A stretch of 34,323 nt of DNA. Source: a virus (lineage: Duplodnaviria; Caudoviricetes). Where the stretch lies: IMG/VR virus record IMGVR_UViG_3300038530_000222, positions 1-34,323 of that record; one strand, given 5' to 3'. A model generated the notes under the pieces. It worked only from the letters and a program-made list of their open reading frames with translations, searched no databases and was not told the origin of the DNA. Shown piece after piece: positions 32,729 to 34,323 of the stretch (the stretch's first letter is position 1; each line of letters starts with the position of its first letter). A program made the position numbers and the translations under genes.

Positions 32729-33181
32729 ATGACAACAATTACAGAACAAAAATTCACTTGCAACGTCAACTATCAATTTGACATTAGTTTAGATGACCTC
32801 AAATGTTTATTTTGCACTATGGGTCAAGGATCTTACTATTGGGCTAACTACGTCACAATAGGAGACATTGAGGAAGATGAAGATGGCTACTATCTACCAG
32901 ACCAAAACTATGAGCATGAGGGCTGTTGTGCATGGGTTAAAGACTTGACCTTAGACACTCCAATAAAAATAGAAGATTGTGAGGATGAAAAGCACCAATT
33001 CAAAGTACAAGATGTTTTAACCGCTATAGAAAAAATTATTTGCGGAAAAACTAATTTAAATAAACATGATTGTGGTGAAATATTCCAAGCTTTCTTGACA
33101 AGCAATTTAGGGCATATTGATGCTTCAGTAGCTGACTCAATATTGCAGATTATGACCTTTAACTCACTTGTATATGGATAG
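32729..33181 (+). CDS. Conserved hypothetical acidic early protein
   Basis: 150 aa; G..YWA and C-terminal IDA..AD.ILQ...F..LVYG motif recalled from phage/ICE hypotheticals. Confidence 0.8.
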   Translation: MTTITEQKFTCNVNYQFDISLDDLKCLFCTMGQGSYYWANYVTIGDIEEDEDGYYLPDQNYEHEGCCAWVKDLTLDTPIKIEDCEDEKHQFKVQDVLTAIEKIICGKTNLNKHDCGEIFQAFLTSNLGHIDASVADSILQIMTFNSLVYG

Positions 33182-33236
33182 ACCTATGGCTTTTGCACTA
33201 TTTCCTTATTTACTTTTATTCCTAATCCTTATTTGA
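33174..33236 (+). CDS. Possible 20-aa (or 16-aa from 33186) hydrophobic peptide
   Basis: MDRPMAFALFPYLLLFLILI fills the gap; overlaps the previous stop and ends 1 nt before the next ATG. Confidence 0.4.
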   Translation: MDRPMAFALFPYLLLFLILI

Positions 33237-33237
33237 T

Positions 33238-33480
33238 ATGCAAAGAATCAACAACAACATTGATCAATACATTAACTGGAATGATCCAGACTCAATTGAA
33301 AACTATTGTCCAGAAGATCAATTTGAGTATGTACCTGATGATCCAACATTTAAAGATCATGTAGTTTATTTTTTACAAGATTATTTAATTGATCCAATCA
33401 GAATGTTTTGCATAAAGCATTTCAACATTTTTCATTACAAAAAACCATACGGTGCAGATTGGTTACAGGAGGACAACTAA
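33238..33480 (+). CDS. Hypothetical early protein
   Basis: 80 aa acidic; TAATG overlap with the next gene. Confidence 0.7.
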   Translation: MQRINNNIDQYINWNDPDSIENYCPEDQFEYVPDDPTFKDHVVYFLQDYLIDPIRMFCIKHFNIFHYKKPYGADWLQEDN

Positions 33481-33749
33481 TGACTTTTCAATTTGGAACA
33501 CCACCAGACCCAGACAAAGAGGGCATCATGGAATTACATCACTACCGCCAAGCGGTTGATGACTATGACAAAGACGGTGGATTATTTACTGGTGAGCCAA
33601 TGCTCAAACATTGGTTTGTTATAAACGTATGTGACGTTCTACTTGGCGAAAACGCAATGTACAAGTACTCACCTCGTGAGCTATACGAAAAGCTGCAAGA
33701 GATGAGCGAAACACACAGACTAAAGTTGGAAGAAGAAGAGAGGGTGTAA
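33480..33749 (+). CDS. Hypothetical early protein (89 aa; start re-placed)
   Basis: ATG at 33480 overlaps the previous TAA; ends inside the terminator hairpin. Confidence 0.7.
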   Translation: MTFQFGTPPDPDKEGIMELHHYRQAVDDYDKDGGLFTGEPMLKHWFVINVCDVLLGENAMYKYSPRELYEKLQEMSETHRLKLEEEERV

Positions 33750-33766
33750 CAACCCTCTTTTTTTTT
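33739..33766 (+). terminator. Rho-independent terminator
   Basis: AGAGGGT-GTAACA-ACCCTCT followed by a T tract. Confidence 0.88.
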
Positions 33767-33776
33767 GCCTAATTAC

Positions 33777-33805
33777 TTGTATTAATGTTGCATTTATGGC
33801 AATAT
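33777..33805 (+). promoter_or_regulatory. Putative promoter/operator of the Cro-like gene
   Basis: TTGTAT-17 bp-CAATAT; TGTTGCA-TTTAT-GGCAATA at 33786-33804. Confidence 0.6.
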
Positions 33806-33811
33806 ATAGAT

Positions 33812-34027
33812 ATGGAAACAACTATTAAAACCCCATACGAACTATGCATTGAAGAATTTGGCGGTGTCCGTGAATTGGCACGCCAGATAGGCAGGGATGC
33901 AGGTTCTGTATCTAAATGGAAAAGGCAGGGAACAATTCCTACCTCTATACAAAAAAAATTACTTGTAAAGGCATGGGAACTAAATTTAAATATTTCTGCC
34001 CATGAATTAATTTTTGGAAAAGAATGA
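33812..34027 (+). CDS. Cro-like HTH transcriptional regulator (71 aa; start re-placed)
   Basis: IEEFGGVRELARQIGRDAGSVSKWKRQGTIP is a Cro/YdaS-like HTH; the track's upstream TTG lies inside the operator. Confidence 0.85.
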   Translation: METTIKTPYELCIEEFGGVRELARQIGRDAGSVSKWKRQGTIPTSIQKKLLVKAWELNLNISAHELIFGKE

Positions 34028-34185
34028 ACTGTTACTGGTGCGATAGCGATTTAATTATTGGCGGTGATGTGGACATAGAAGAAGGCATGGGAGGATATCC
34101 TGAGTTTTCTGTAATGACCAATCTATCTTGCCCCAGATGCGAATCTCAGGTGGAAGTTTTGAAGAAACGAGATGCCTTCGATTAA
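34024..34185 (+). CDS. 53-aa zinc-ribbon protein
   Basis: MNCYWCDSDLIIGGD...TNLSCPRCESQVEV: two CxxC; ATGA overlap with the Cro-like gene. Confidence 0.8.
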   Translation: MNCYWCDSDLIIGGDVDIEEGMGGYPEFSVMTNLSCPRCESQVEVLKKRDAFD

Positions 34186-34193
34186 TTAATTAT

Positions 34194-34222
34194 TTGACAG
34201 GTGTTGCACTTTGTGATACACT
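34194..34222 (+). promoter_or_regulatory. Sigma70 early promoter with overlapping operator
   Basis: TTGACA-17 bp-TACACT with extended TG; TGTTGCA-CTTTG-TGATACA at 34202-34220. Confidence 0.85.
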
Positions 34223-34255
34223 AGTTTACGAAGGTGTTATACCTTCAATTGTTGT

Positions 34256-34275
34256 TTACTAATTTCTATTAACAA
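34256..34275 (+). repeat. 20-bp conserved leader, copy 2
   Basis: Identical to 32365-32384; preceded by hairpin GAAGGT-GTTAT-ACCTTC (34230-34246). Confidence 0.9.
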
Positions 34276-34279
34276 ACAC

Positions 34280-34323
34280 ATGGAACAAACTAAGTTTACA
34301 AATCTCGAAGTAGAGATTATTAC
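34280..34323 (+). CDS. 3'-truncated hypothetical early protein
   Basis: MEQTKFTNLEVEII... follows promoter and conserved leader. Confidence 0.6.
   Translation, partial: MEQTKFTNLEVEII

Noticed and set aside
32365-34275. TAATTTCTA repeats resembling Cas12a direct repeats
   Set aside because: Only two copies 1.9 kb apart, no stem-forming 3' half, no spacers; they sit directly before start codons.
1-34323. tRNA, integrase, endolysin, RNA polymerase or photosynthesis genes
   Set aside because: None recognisable in this window; they may lie outside it.

Overview
A segment of an AT-rich tailed-phage genome (podovirus morphology inferred). The minus strand (819-32255) carries an almost complete morphogenesis module in Bordetella phage BPP-1-like gene order. 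It runs: HTH regulator, TerS, TerL, Asp/Asn beta-hydroxylase, GNAT, portal, three microproteins, Bbp19-like, scaffold, major capsid, Bbp16-like cement, tail adaptor and nozzle, three ejection proteins, an 881-aa tail fibre, an array of fibre-tip/chaperone pairs, and membrane proteins resembling those of marine cyanophages. The plus strand from 32325 holds small early genes with sigma70 promoters, terminators, a repeated operator and a Cro-like gene. Four observations stand out. (1) A 2784-aa polyvalent ejection protein (ART + HhH-glycosylase-like + second ART + zincin) contains a 133-codon overprinted +1-frame gene with a perfect Shine-Dalgarno, lying over the second ART domain; it is a candidate nested immunity/antitoxin. 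(2) Four exact copies of GTGTGACCGTAA-N16-TAnnnT form a candidate activator-dependent late promoter. (3) A TGTTGCA-N5-TGCAACA-like operator occurs in three early promoters. (4) The receptor-binding genes form a hub-and-spoke array. All family assignments come from motif recognition by eye; no searches were run.
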